A stretch of 63,585 bases of DNA from Octopus bimaculoides (taxonomy: Eukaryota): contig NC_068983.1 of the NCBI RefSeq assembly GCF_001194135.2, forward strand, positions 124,560,668 to 124,624,252. Reading direction: 5' to 3'. Below the pieces are notes generated by a model. The model was not told the origin of the DNA, did no database searches, and saw only the letters and a program-made list of their open reading frames with translations. Below are positions 25,241-37,641 of this stretch, piece after piece (position 1 is the stretch's first letter; the number at the start of each line of letters is the position of its first letter). A program made the position numbers and the translations under genes.

Positions 25241-25932
25241 TGCTTGTGTATTTCTTTCAGTTGTTGACTTACAAAGGCTAAAAGAAGAGCATCAGTATAG
25301 TATCAGTCTCATTAGTCTAGAAGGGCCTGTGAAATTCATGGGTGATATTCCTACGTGCAAGGCAACAATTAAAATAAAACATCCCCGAGCTGAGTGTTAA
25401 CCTATGAAAAATGCTGTCACAATACTCCATGAACAGTTGTGATCAATAAACAGTGCTGATTTATGAACAGAGTGGTTAAACTAATGAAGCTGATATATGA
25501 GAAATCATGGTCTATGAACAAAACTCAGCTTTGATCTAGAATTATATTATGTCGTCTGCAGAAAATTGTGGCATAAGAGGCAAATCAAATGCTCGACCAA
25601 ATCTCCGACAGAATATAATTATTTTTTAAACCCTACTTCGTGTTTTAAATTCTCGATTCCGCACAAGTTTGTGTTCATATGAGAATGTCAGATTCATGAA
25701 AAAAAAAAACAAAAACAAAAAAAAGCAAACAAACAAACAAACAATGTTTCACGAAATGATCTTTGACTATTTTGTTTTTTATACTCAATCTATTTGCTCT
25801 TAGTTAACTCTAATTCGATTTGTATTGAACGTTATATAATTATTCTTCGATTATATTAATTTCTAGCATTTTAATATCACATACTTTACTGTATTTGTAG
25901 AAGCTCCATTATTAGTTCTTTATAAAATAATT

Positions 25933-26838
25933 AACAGAAATACCAAGTGTTGCCCGGGTTAAAGAAAATAATGAAATTAAAAAAACGCCATTTAGATCTC
26001 TAACATGAAACATAGACTACTCAGGTCTTACCTCCTAGTAGCTGAGATACCAACTTTATACGTTAATAACCCGGTGTTTCCCAGGTTATTGAGAATATTG
26101 AAATTTAAGTATGCCTTTTAAATCTCTAAATAAAATGAAACATGGATTATGCAGTTCTCAAAAGTAATTAGCTGAGGTACAAACTGTTAATGTCAGTAAC
26201 ACGTTTCATCTGATATTCTCAATTAAAATTATTAAAAAAAAACAGGTAGTTCTTTGTATTTGCAATCACCTTCAAATGTCAGTACTTATTTGAAACACGT
26301 TGAACCTGAAAGTGCATAAATTTGAGAAGAGCCGGCCTGCAGGCGCTCCCCTCCTGTTAATAAGTACATTTAATAAAAAATCTATGAGACAACGTGAGTA
26401 GAAACAAATGTATTGAAACAAATCCGGAAATCAATCACAGTTTAATTATCTAGAGCTTCTAAATATACGATGTTTTGAGTGTTTCCTTTAATTGGTGTAT
26501 AAATGAAAAGATTTTGGGGACTTCCAACTCACGAACATCCTACATATAATTGCCCATGAGAGAAGCAAGGTGAAGTCCAACAACCTTGAGAGACTGTCCT
26601 TGAGACTTGTTTATTGAGACTTGTTTCACTGGGAACTGGAACCATTTATATTCAAAGGGGAGGTCATATGGGATTAATGGGATCACCCTTATAGTTCCCA
26701 GTCATAACTGTTGCCTCTAGGACATGGGGTCGCATCGCTTTCACCACCAGTCATGTACCCTAGGTATGGTACAGGTTGATCCTGAAGTTTGAGCGTGCTT
26801 TGAGGATACACATACAGACGGTATTTTATATAGTAAGA
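25933..26838 (-). mobile_element. Non-autonomous Helitron-type element
   Basis: Minus-strand 5' end A|TCTTACTATATAAAATACCGTCTGTATGTGT; 3' hairpin remnant TACCAAGTGTTGCCCGGG (plus 25941-25958) with degraded CTAG; second hairpin-like copy ACCCGGTGTTTCCCAGG near 26069. Confidence 0.6.
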
Positions 26839-27882
26839 TCATAAAAACAATTCATAATATTTATACCGCGTTCAAAATCTGATGAGCCCTGACCAATATG
26901 TTATGAATGTTGAGAATATATAACTAGAAAAAGTAAACAGAAATAATAGAGCATTTATATGCTATGATGAACATAGAGACAAGATTATAGCAACAATTCT
27001 TCACGCCTATGATTCCTTTGATTTCGACAGTCAACATTCTCAATTTTTCTTAACCCAGCTGTAGCTTTCAGCAAGCTGAACTGTGCTCCAACTTTGTGTT
27101 AGAAAGTATATGAATATATTTAAAAGCTAACATTTTCATTCCTCATTTCTACTTCATAATTAAACAGCTATTTAAATTACGAGAGGAAAAAATAGACATT
27201 ACATATTTTATTAGCAAAATCTTGTGTAATGTTTCTCGAACTCAAACTTATTACTTACTTTGGGCAAGAATTTTAGATTTATTCACATGTATTTAGAAAC
27301 ACTTGAAGCATTTAAATATTAAGATTTTTATAATGTTGAAACGGTAATTAAAAATAAACAAGAAAAAGGAAACATTATTCAAATAGCTAAAGTGGAATAC
27401 ATTAGTTCCTGATGAGAATATCCGCCCTTAACGTGTAATGTAAATCTATCTCTTCGAAGTATTTCAAAAGTTCTATTTCTATTTTATTTCGAATACATAA
27501 CTCAACCTTCTCATTTTAAAATGGATATTTGAAGCTTTTGAAACTGAAGATGACAGGATCAGGTATAAAATAGAAAGTAATTAAAGACGGAAAGAACTAG
27601 GAAAAGCTATGAAGTAGTAACAGATAACATTTAAAGAAAACCAATTGAATTTGTCCAAATTATATCCGAAATGAATGAAAATCAAATATTTAAGAAAGCA
27701 TAAGCTATGATTTTTGTAAGTCAAGCGGAAAAATATCAGTTATTTATTTATCTATTAGTTGCACTTTAAAACAACTATTTTCATACAAACATATATACAT
27801 TTTATATACATATGCATGCACTTAGACAATTTTATTCATAGCTAAATCCCATAATCACACGCATAAAAATCTAGAGGAGAAC

Positions 27883-27921
<39 letters not shown>

Positions 27922-29779
27922 CATACACTCACATATAAACATGGAGATTAGATTTACTGTGCTTGGAAGATAATCAATTTTGGTGAAATGAAGAAATTAT
28001 TTTTTCTATATAATGTTGTTTTCATGCCAAGAACAACAATGCACCGAAGAGTTCCATTCAATTCAGTGTGGTTACTTTTTGATGTGACCTGCATTTATTG
28101 ATTGATTATAGCTTCTTGAAATATGATTGTTTTGTAACTGGACGTCGGAAGAGAATCTTATTCTATACATCAAATTGTTAATCCGTTGTTCTAGAAGAAC
28201 CATCGTTGTTGCAGATATTCTTTCTGCAATTCTGAACATGTGTTTGTGTATCGTTGTTGTTATTAATATGCAGTATGATGAATTCATGTCTATTGAACAT
28301 AATATTTCTTGCTCAGTAACCATGAGTACATAAATGTTAAACAAGATTGTTATCTTCAACTAAGAAAGTTATAGCTTAGAAGGAAAAAAATATTTGGTTA
28401 ATCAGTTACACAATATAGTTAGTTGACAAAAGAATGTGGAATCCTCATAGAGTTTTAGACTTCTGAAAATGTCATCTCAATGCTGAATGGACAGAGGTTT
28501 AGTGAGGAATATTACATGTGATATAAACGAAATAAAACCCATAGATTACAAAAGATTTATTATTTTTAAACAAATGTCAATAATATCTGTGTATAGTCTT
28601 CCCATGGTCATGCCATCTTGGCAGTGTGTTTGTGTGCCTTTATACGTCTTCCTCAATGCATATGTTGTTTTCGTTTTACAAAATCTTGCCTCTCCTTCTT
28701 TATGCGTGTTATTACCTGTTTGCTTTTACATGCATAAATATTCTAAAACGTTTATCTATATTCATTCAAGCCCCTAGTGTATCTCTCACTTTGTTTTCGG
28801 GAAAATAAGTTCGTGAGTGTACCTGTGAAAGAGAGACGATTGAATAAAGATATGGAGATGTCACCATATCAGCAGAACCGTAGAAGAGCGACTCCAGGGT
28901 TAGCAATAAGAATTTGTTAGTTAATGACTTTATACTTATGTCGGATGCAATACTTCATTGTAGATCTTATTAGTAGCTATTTAAAGCTAAGATATTTCTT
29001 GTCCTGTAAATAACATCAACCTTTGCCATTGTGTGTATATATCGTCAAGAGATTGATCCTCGATGTTGGTATGTTATAACAATTGTAGTCCTATTTAAAT
29101 GCTGTTCCTATCTATGGAGATAAGTAAATTTAGTATTAAAAGTCCTTTACAAAATTTATGAGAGTCAAAATAACATTTTTCTTGTGTCTTTACGTAAGTG
29201 CATATAGCTTGAGAAAACTACCATTGTCGAGCCACAACTGAATTAATCTGTTTTTCGTCTTTAAATTGCGCATCTGAAATGTATAATTTCTGAAGCACAA
29301 CTTGATTTTCATCTCTAGCTTGGTTTAACCATTGCCGACAGTTCATCAAAAAAACTAAAAAAACAACAAAAGAAAAAAAAATAACAAAAAGATAGATCAA
29401 ACAAGCAAATGAATACGAGTGATTGCACTAGTCTGTTGTAAACTCTTGGAGATTTGCAATTGCTTAGTGGAGAAATAGATTTCTTTTAGACTAGGAAAAG
29501 TTAGGTCAGTTTTGCATTGAGGATATTTCATTCTACATATTATTTTATCTTGAATGTTTTTTAAAAAATACTTTTCTTCTTTGTCGGTCTCGAGCTTTTT
29601 ATATATTTCCGGTCCCTGTCTGATCTGGTATAAAATCAGAATTAGTTTACATCAAGTGGTTCATGGAGCTTGGCAACCTTGGTGACACCCGTTAGGATAT
29701 AGGTGCAATTGGCTCTGGCGTTCAGTCCATCTTTGGCAGGTTTGCTTTTCCAATCTTGCTAGGTGTCCACATGCCCTCT

Positions 29780-30200
29780 TACTGAACACGTCCAGCTAGA
29801 GGGTCAGTTTCGTTGTAGATGGCTCGGTCATTTTGTAGGTAGAATTGGACATCAGTAGAAGATTTCCATCAATGTGTGATGAAATTAGCTCTGACTCGAC
29901 AATAATCTATCCATGAGAGAAATAATGTGTTTGTTGCCATCTGTTGTACATGCAACGACAAAATCGCAGTAAAAGTGGAATATGATGATCGCCAGGTAAA
30001 GTTGATAAGCGTCAAGAAATTAACAAGAACAAAATGGTATAAAACAGGTCGGCTGGTTGCTGGGAAAGTAGAAGAAATGTTGTTGCTTCACTTGCAGTAC
30101 AAGTTAGGCTTTAGAGTTTGATGTTATTTATTGCTTTATAAACACTTGATATTTCCGCCATACTCTGCAATGATCTGGTCTTGTCTGGGTGTATGGTTAT
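29780..30200 (+). mobile_element. Degenerate R4/Dong-like LINE C-terminal fragment
   Basis: CNDKIAVKV (cf. RHD-K-VA), KWYKTGRLVAGKVEEMLLL (cf. KWYEH-P-V-EN--LLWD). Confidence 0.35.
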
Positions 30201-31392
30201 ATGATGTATCGCTGAAACAGTAAAAATATACTTGACCTCTATATTTTCATAACCTCCGTTTTATATGTAAGACGTTTTCCTCAACAGTCGCTTAAAATGT
30301 TAAATCTATTCTGCGGCAACGGAAAGTTGAAGTTGAAGATTTATAACCAAAATGTGATATATAAGAAGTATACGAAACAGAATTACAAAATTCGAATATT
30401 TGCAGCTCGGTACATCCGACATAATAAAGTCTGGTATATACGACAACCGTAGGATAACTGATTCTTTATCTTATTTCATGTTGTACCTTCTCACTTTTCC
30501 TTTTTAATTATTATGAGATTGTTTCATTATAATTGTTCTTTCTGTGCTATTAGATATATTCATGTAAAGAATGTAAAATAAGATATAATTGTATTAAGTT
30601 TCACATAAGTGCGTATGTTCTTTCTCATATTAACTGTGTGTTCATTCTCTTGCTTATTACTGTCGCACTTCCTATAGGCATGACTTTTTCATTATATTTT
30701 CAATTTTCTTTTAAACTGCGAAGCATCGAACAATTTCACAGCTTTAAGCTTCTTGCAATGATTTCGATAAAAAAGTACGTCTTTCTTAATTGAATGTAGG
30801 GAAATTTTTTCTGAAAAAACCCCAAACAAACAAACAAACAAAATCAAACAAAAACAAAGAAAAAAAAGGCAAAAATAGAGATTGATTTAGTAAGATTAAA
30901 TACGAGAGAAAAATGTCCTTAACGGTGCATATTCAATTACAAGAAAAAAAAGTAACTTTTATATATAATCCCCTGTTAAAATCACAAATTTCTTTTATAG
31001 AATTCACTGCAGATATACAGATATTAGAAGAACGAAACGTGACTTACCTTAGGAATCAAACTTCATGAAAAAACTGAAATTTCCTCAAAAATGTAAATAG
31101 ACAATTATCGGGAGAATTCAACGAATATGCATTACATTTGATATGAAAAACGTCATACGCATGTAAAAAAATGATAAAAGACCCGTTTTATATATTTGGT
31201 CAACATGTTTCTAACTGCAACCATTTACATGAAAACATTTATTTATTTATTTATTTCTAAAATACTGTATTATTTTAGAGAATATGAATAATTCGTTGAA
31301 CGTCGTCAAGTTCACACCTAATTGCAATTGTCTCCCGATTCGATTTCCATTTTTGTTCCTTTGGAATCGATAAGAAGCAGTAGTCATTGATT

Positions 31393-31693
31393 GTGGAGGC
31401 GCAATGGCCCAGTGGTTGGGGAAGCAGACTCGCGGTCGGAGAATCGCGGTTTCGATTTCCAGACCGGACTTTGTGTGTGTGTTTTTGAGCGAAAACATCT
31501 AAAGATCTACGAGGTTCTGGCAGGAGTGGTGGCGACCTCTGTAGTACTCTTTCGCCTCAACTTTCTCTCACTCTTTCTTCCTGCCCCCCCCCCCCCCCNN
31601 NNNNNNNNGGGGGGGGGGGGGAGACATACGCCATAGAAACCGGGCCCATTAGCCTGGTAAGGCTTTAAAAGGAAGCATAAATAAATAAAATAC
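31393..31693 (+). mobile_element. SINE with family A head and alternative tail; internal C15-N10-G13
   Basis: Head GTGGAGGCGCAATGGCCCAGTGG; TSD GTCATTGATTG at 31383-31393 and 31694-31704; tail ...GCCTGGTAAGGCTTTAAAAGGAAGCAT(AAAT)n differs from other A copies. Confidence 0.8.
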
Positions 31694-32079
31694 GTCATTG
31701 ATTGAGTGATTTACTTTTCGCATTAGTTTATGGTATATCCAATCAAGAAATCAATATTATTCTTATTCCAAGTACAACGGTGATTATACTGGGATTTCCT
31801 AATTGACAGCTGTTGCTGTTTAGCCCCAGTACAGCTCCCGTTCAACAGGACTATATCAAAGGCGTTCTAGACGGTACTGTCCTATCATGGTGTTGAACAG
31901 TGTATCTAGGACTATATCCTTATTTGTAATAATTTAACAGTATATCTTGGACTATGTCCTTATTTGTAATAATTTGGGTAAGATTTGAGGGAGAATTAAC
32001 TGTTATTTCTCAAGTCTTTATATGATCGAGTGGTCAAAAATGTGCAGCCTATCCATGATTGGTCTTAACCGCAGGCGGG

Positions 32080-32228
32080 GTGCAGAAGTAGCTGTGTGGT
32101 AAGAATTTTGCTTCCCAACCACATGGATCCGGGTTTAGTTCCACCGTATGGCACCTTGGGCCGACCAAAACTTCGTGAGAGATTTGGTGAACGGAAACTG
32201 AAAGAAGCCCGGCATACATACATACATA
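32080..32228 (+). mobile_element. SINE family B 5' half ending in (CATA)n
   Basis: GTAGCTGTGTGGTAAG...CCAACCACATGG...GGCACCTTGGGCCGACCAAAA...GGAAACTGAAAGAAGCCCG. Confidence 0.8.
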
Positions 32229-32230
32229 TA

Positions 32231-32972
32231 CAGGGGATGGACAAAATAATAGAAACACCTTAGAATTTCAAACAAATTTATTTTAATATGGGGTAAGACC
32301 GCCTTTGGCAATAATTACAGCTTGAATTCTACGAAGTATGGACTCGTACAAAGTTTGAATTGTTTCCAAAGGAATTTTTGTCCATTCTTCAGCTAAAACT
32401 GTCTCCAGTTCTAGTAGTGATGATGGTAGCGAATATCGAGTCCTTACTTGTTTTTCTAAAATGCACTATAAATGTTCAATAATATTGATATCTGAGGACT
32501 GTGGTGGCCAGATAAGATGTTCAACTTCACTAGCATCTTCCTCGTGCCATTCAGTAACAACTTTAGCTGTGTGAATTGGTGCATTATCATCCTGAAAGAT
32601 TGGGCTTCCCTCCAGAAACAGTTCCGTAACCATAGGATGTATTTAATCAGATAAAATGCTTAAATAGTCTTGACTATTAATCTGCTATTAAGGGAAAGCA
32701 TTGGACCAGCGGATTTCCAATATATAGCCCCGCCCGAGATCATCACAAATCCTCCTCCATCTTTAACATCTGAAAGAAGGCAGTCTGGGTCAAATACTTC
32801 TTTTGGCAGTCTCCACACGTATACTCGGCCGGTGGTCAGGAATAAGGTAAAAGTTGACTCGTCCGCGAAAATAACAGTCGTTTACTGCTCTAGGGACCAA
32901 TTCTGTAGGTTTTTACTCCACTCTAAACGCTTTGCAACGTTTGTTTTTGAAAGTAGTGGTTTCTTGATTCCG
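32231..32972 (-). mobile_element. Tc1-like transposon copy 2 (3' half with right TIR; DD36E catalytic region)
   Basis: TA|CAGGGGATGGACAAAATAATAGAAACACCT TIR; minus-strand FQDDNAPIHTAKVVTEWHEEDASEVEHLIWPPQSSDINIIEHL (36 residues between D and E by my count). Confidence 0.92.
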
Positions 32973-34315
32973 TAAATGAGGACTCCTTCTTCAACACCAC
33001 TCTGGAAGATTCTTGTTTGCAGGTGGGGCACAATCACACCCACCAAATAAGTGTTGGTGTTTCTAAACACTACCATTACCGCTTCAGTTCTTTTTCTTTC
33101 CTTTACGCTCTATCAGTTTTTCAGCTGTGGCCTTTCTAGCCACCTTTGGGATTTTCTTTTCCCTTTTTGGGAGGAGTTTATTTTTTTCCGGTGTTATCGC
33201 TTTTGGTTTTTTTCTTGAGACCACCTGGAAATCCATTTCGCCACCCTCTTCCTGGGCCGCCGCCCCGTCGCTGCTGGTGGTAGCACCCTGGTTAATGGTC
33301 TCCCTGGCCAGGGCTACCACCTGCTCCTCACTGGTTATTTTTTTCTGGTGGTAGCACTCTGGGTAATGGCCTCCTTGGTCGGGGCTACCACCTTCTCATT
33401 ATTTGTTACATCTTTGTTATTACTGGTGGTAGCCTTCTGGATAATGGCCTCCTTGGCCGAGGCTACCACCTTCTCGTTGTTGGTCACACTGCTGGTGGTA
33501 GCCTCTTTGGCCGGGGCTACCACTTTTGCCACTTTCTCGTTGGTGGGGAGAACGTCCTTCTTCCCACTTACCACCTTTTTCTTGGGAGGCCCACACTCGG
33601 CCCTCTGATGTCCCTTCCTTCCGCTCCGGAAGCACCGAGGTTTTCTCTCTTTCACATTTATAATTAAGGCTGCCTCCTCTGCAACCTGTATTCTATCGGG
33701 GAGCTCTTCTAAATATTCAGGTGTAGCCTGTACAAAGACTTCCAAAGATTATCTTCTCCATTTCCAGAAGACATATCTTTTTTATCTGGATTACCTCTAG
33801 TTTTTCTTCTCTATTGAAGAGGAGCATGGCAACAACCCATGCTACCTCAACATCAGGAGGGATATTCATGATTTTTACCCGGGACGTCCTGCGTCCCAGA
33901 TATAATGGTAACAATGCCATTTTGTCATTCTGTAAGGTCCGAGCGGAATATTCCTTAGCCTTTTCAGCCAACTCGGACCTTGCTTCGACTGTTGCGTACT
34001 TGTTACCTCGCATCAGGAAGGCAATATCCTTCATTACCGACCCGAGGCACTCTTCTATATCTTCCTCCTCGAACCGTATCACTTCTGGTTTTTCAAGTAG
34101 AAAGTTTTGTAGATTACGGTTCTTTCCCGTCTGCAGCTAGTATTTCAGGTGGGGGGTGGGGAATTTACTTTCCCCGTCGCTTTCTGTTATTTTACCAAAC
34201 AAAAGTTGAATTTCAGCCTTTTCAAAGTAATAATTTCCTGTTGTTGACCAACAGCAGCGGCGTAATTCATAGTGATCGTCGTGGCTACTGCTTCCGCAGT
34301 TGACGCCATACTGGC
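32973..34315 (-). mobile_element. 5' part of Tx1/L1-like LINE: ORF1 (RRM-like region, zinc knuckle, low-complexity repeats), frameshifted
   Basis: Starts MASTAEAVATTITMNYAAAV; RRTSRVKIMNIPPDV; zinc-knuckle-like CFRSGRKGHQRAEC (second Cys replaced by Ser); repeated EKVVAP(A/T)KEA(T/I)T units; basic C-terminus; no ORF2. Confidence 0.75.
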
Positions 34316-36363
34316 ACTCAAAATTTATAAGTTCCCTCTACAACGAGGTAAATAAATTCCCAGTTTATACAAATCCCTCCCTCGTGGGGTAGGTAACAAC
34401 AACGATAGTTCAAGCCATTAATTAACTACCTAACGGCTACAACAGTAGAACAATAACAATGAGTCCTGCAACAGGTAACAATTAATCAAATTTACTTACA
34501 AACTTCAAACGTAGTTCCAATAAAAAATACAGATAATTGTAGAAAAAGTGAAAAATATCAATTTTAATTTATCGATGCATTTGGGCAAATCTATGTCTGT
34601 ACTATCAGACAATTGCGAAGAAAATGCTTAAAAACAATTTCAGAATTGTAAAAATCCGGTACAAATTCTTCATGGTTCGAAACGTTGCTTAATATTTACT
34701 CAACCTGATTTATAGTTTACAGTCGTATACAGTTAAAATCAACTACCCACTCAGAATATTTTAATCTTAAAAGGACACAAAAGTCGAAGTCGACATCAAC
34801 TACAACTCGACAGACATTAAACAATACTTACCATGTCACCCAAAATACATGACATAAAAACCGTTTAACTTAGAAAGAAAATTATGTTCAGTTGTTTCAA
34901 ATTTTGAAACTCAGATTAAAAGACTCCATGGATTAAAATGATGAATAGTACTTGACAGACAATACACAAAGTTGTTATTTGATTATGTTACAAAAGGTGC
35001 GACATACAAACAAAGCAAATTAAAAATAACACCCAAGCATCTGTCTTACAGTACAATACACAACGCTGAAATAAGAAACATACAATATTATCATAAAAAA
35101 AAACATTCCATTATTAGCGTTACACTTCCAAATAAAAAAAATAAACACTTGAGATATATAGAAAAAAAGAGAGAAAAGATAACCAATATCCGTAAAAGAA
35201 TCACCTGTGCCAAATAAAACAAATGATAAAAAACCGTGTGTGTTCGCTGTTGCTAAGGGTGCCTGAATCAACTTTTTATTAGAAAATATCATTCAATCAA
35301 GACATATTTTCAATGTAAGAGATCACATTACTTGTTTTGTAAGAAAAAGTACTTTTTGATACCGGTGCAACAAACAAATAACAAAATTTCTAAGTCTTGA
35401 CCCTTTTCTGTTGTTCTGACAAAGAAGTGTTCAATTTCGGACAAATAAAGGCAATATTTTTATTAAATGATACAAACCACTATTAAATTAAGCAGCAAGA
35501 CATATCAAATAATTCACCGAATAATAAACAATTTGAACCACGGATTGTTATGTATTTGGATGTTAACATTCATCTGGTTCACACTCACATATATACTTAC
35601 ATACAAATACATAACAATTGACACTCAAACGCAACAAACCTATTTCTCTATTTTTAGCTATTGTGATAATCCGTGGTTCAAACTGTTAGAGAAAACATTA
35701 AAACTTAATTGCTGTAGTAATCTAGCGATACGAGAATGAAGACTGCTAATTGGATAATGATGTTATTTGAATTCTGGGTGTAAAATAACATAAGGTGTTT
35801 TGTCCACACTTTAACCGATTCCGCCAATGAACCTTCATCTATATCAGTTGTTCTCAACTGACGTGTATTTGGCTCTTTGGGGTCCATATAAGATTTTGCT
35901 GTTAAAATTTATGTGCCAGAAATTGGTTATAATTTATGATCCGCAAAATAGTTTAACAATTTTTTTCTTTGGAATTCTGAATAATATTTATAAAAATATT
36001 ATAGGAGTTTTGAAAATATCGAATGTTCCATAAGAAAAAGAATGGTTGAGAATCGCTGGTCTATATGATCATGATTTCTAACTGATTCATACGCCTTCAT
36101 ATTTTATGGAGGAACTTTTTTTTTAGATTAACATCACAAGTATTTCATCCCCCACTCTAATAATACTACTCCTCTCCAGATTCTCTGTTAAGGTAATATA
36201 ACGAGCATCGACAGTATGTAGCAAAAGAGGTTGAATTCGATTTAACTATTATTCTCTTAGAAATGTATGAATATATGGTTTTGGCGAAAAGTATGAATAA
36301 TATGGGAGGGAGATCATTAGTTCAATAGACGCCAGTATTTAATAAATGATTGCATTGAACCCG

Positions 36364-36739
36364 GTGGAGGCGCAATGGCCTAGTAGTTAGGGCAGCGGAC
36401 TCGTGGTCATAGGATCGTGGTTTCGATTCCCAGACCGGGCATTGTGAGTGTTTATTGAGCGAAAACACCTAAAGTTCCACGAGGCTCCGGCAGGGGATGG
36501 TGGTGAACCCTGATGTACTATTTCACCACGACTTTCTCTCATTCTTACTTCCTCTTTCTGCTGTGCCTGTAATTCAAAGGGCCAGTTGTGTGACGCTGAA
36601 TATTCCTGAGAACTACGTTAAGGGTACACGTGTCTGTGGAGTGCTCAGCCACTTGCACGTTAATTTCACGAGCAGGCTGTTCCGTTGGTCGGATCAACTG
36701 GAACCCTCGACGTCGTAAGCGACGGAGTACCAACAACAA
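36364..36739 (+). mobile_element. SINE family A, full length
   Basis: Same head and tail as 11936; TSD GCATTGAACCCGG / GCATCGAACCCGG at 36352-36364 and 36740-36752. Confidence 0.92.
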
Positions 36740-36789
36740 GCATCGAACCCGGATTGAATGAAGCTCGAATGTAATGTTTACTCTAAAAC

Positions 36790-37641
36790 ATAAATGTTTT
36801 GGTACAAGACCAAGAATTTTAGTGGAGGAGGTAGGTCAATTAAAGCGACCGAAGTACTGCACTGGTACTTATTTTATCGACTCTTAAAAAGAATAAACGG
36901 CAAAGTTGGCCTTAAACGCCGCAAATCATTTTGTCCGACGCGTTAACGATTCTGCAAACTCGGTGTTTTTTTATATGTAACTAATATTGATTTCAAATTC
37001 TTGCACAAGACCAGCAATGTCGGGCGCGAGAGTAAGTCAATTATTTCGACCTATTTTTTTCAACTGGTACTTATTTTATCAACCCCCGAAAGGATGAAAG
37101 GCAAAGTTGACCTAGGCTAAATTTGAACTCTGAACGTAAAGTCAGACGAAATACCGCTAAACATTTTGACCGGCATGCTAACGATTCTGCTTGCACGCCG
37201 CCGCCTTATACATATGAAATGAATATCCTTTTCTAGTGTAGGCACAAGGACCGACATTTTTGGGAGGGAGCCAGTCGATTAGATCAACCCCAGTAAGTAA
37301 CTTGTACTTAATTTATCGACCCCGAAAGGGTGAAAGGCAAACTCGAACTCAGAACGTAAAGACGGACGAAATACCGCTAAGTATTTCGCCCGGTGTGCTA
37401 ACGTTTCTTATTTCTTTACTGCTCATAAGGGGCTAAACATAGAGGGGACAAACAAGGACAGACAAACGGATTAAGTCAATTATATCGACCCCAGTGCGTA
37501 ACTGGTACTTATTTAATCGACCCCGAAAGGATGAAAGGCTAAGTCGATCTCGGCGGAATTTGAACTCAGAACGTAATGGCAGACGAAATACCGCTAAGCA
37601 TTTCGTCCGCCATGCTAACGTTTCTGTCAGCTCGCCACCTT
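36790..37641 (-). mobile_element. Head-to-tail array of four SINE family C copies with three different tails
   Basis: Copies at ~36790-36965, 36985-37205, 37225-37410, 37405-37641; shared CTGGTACTTA...ATCGACCCCGAAAGGATGAAAGGC...GAACTCAGAACGT...GCTAACG; plus-strand tails TTGG(T/C)ACAAGACCAG, TTCTAGTGTAGGCACAAGG, ATAAGGGGCTAAACATAGAGGGGAC. Confidence 0.9.

Noticed and set aside
26878-26900. CTGATGAG (also CTGATGA at 16235, 42958, ~43842 and ~44011)
   Set aside because: No downstream stem II-GAAA-stem III; most lie inside transposase coding remnants.
28072-28359. 95-aa minus ORF starting at an AG, and plus-strand hydrophobic ORF with a VADIL (GPCR-like) motif
   Set aside because: No further motifs or partner exons recognised; the resemblance is too weak.
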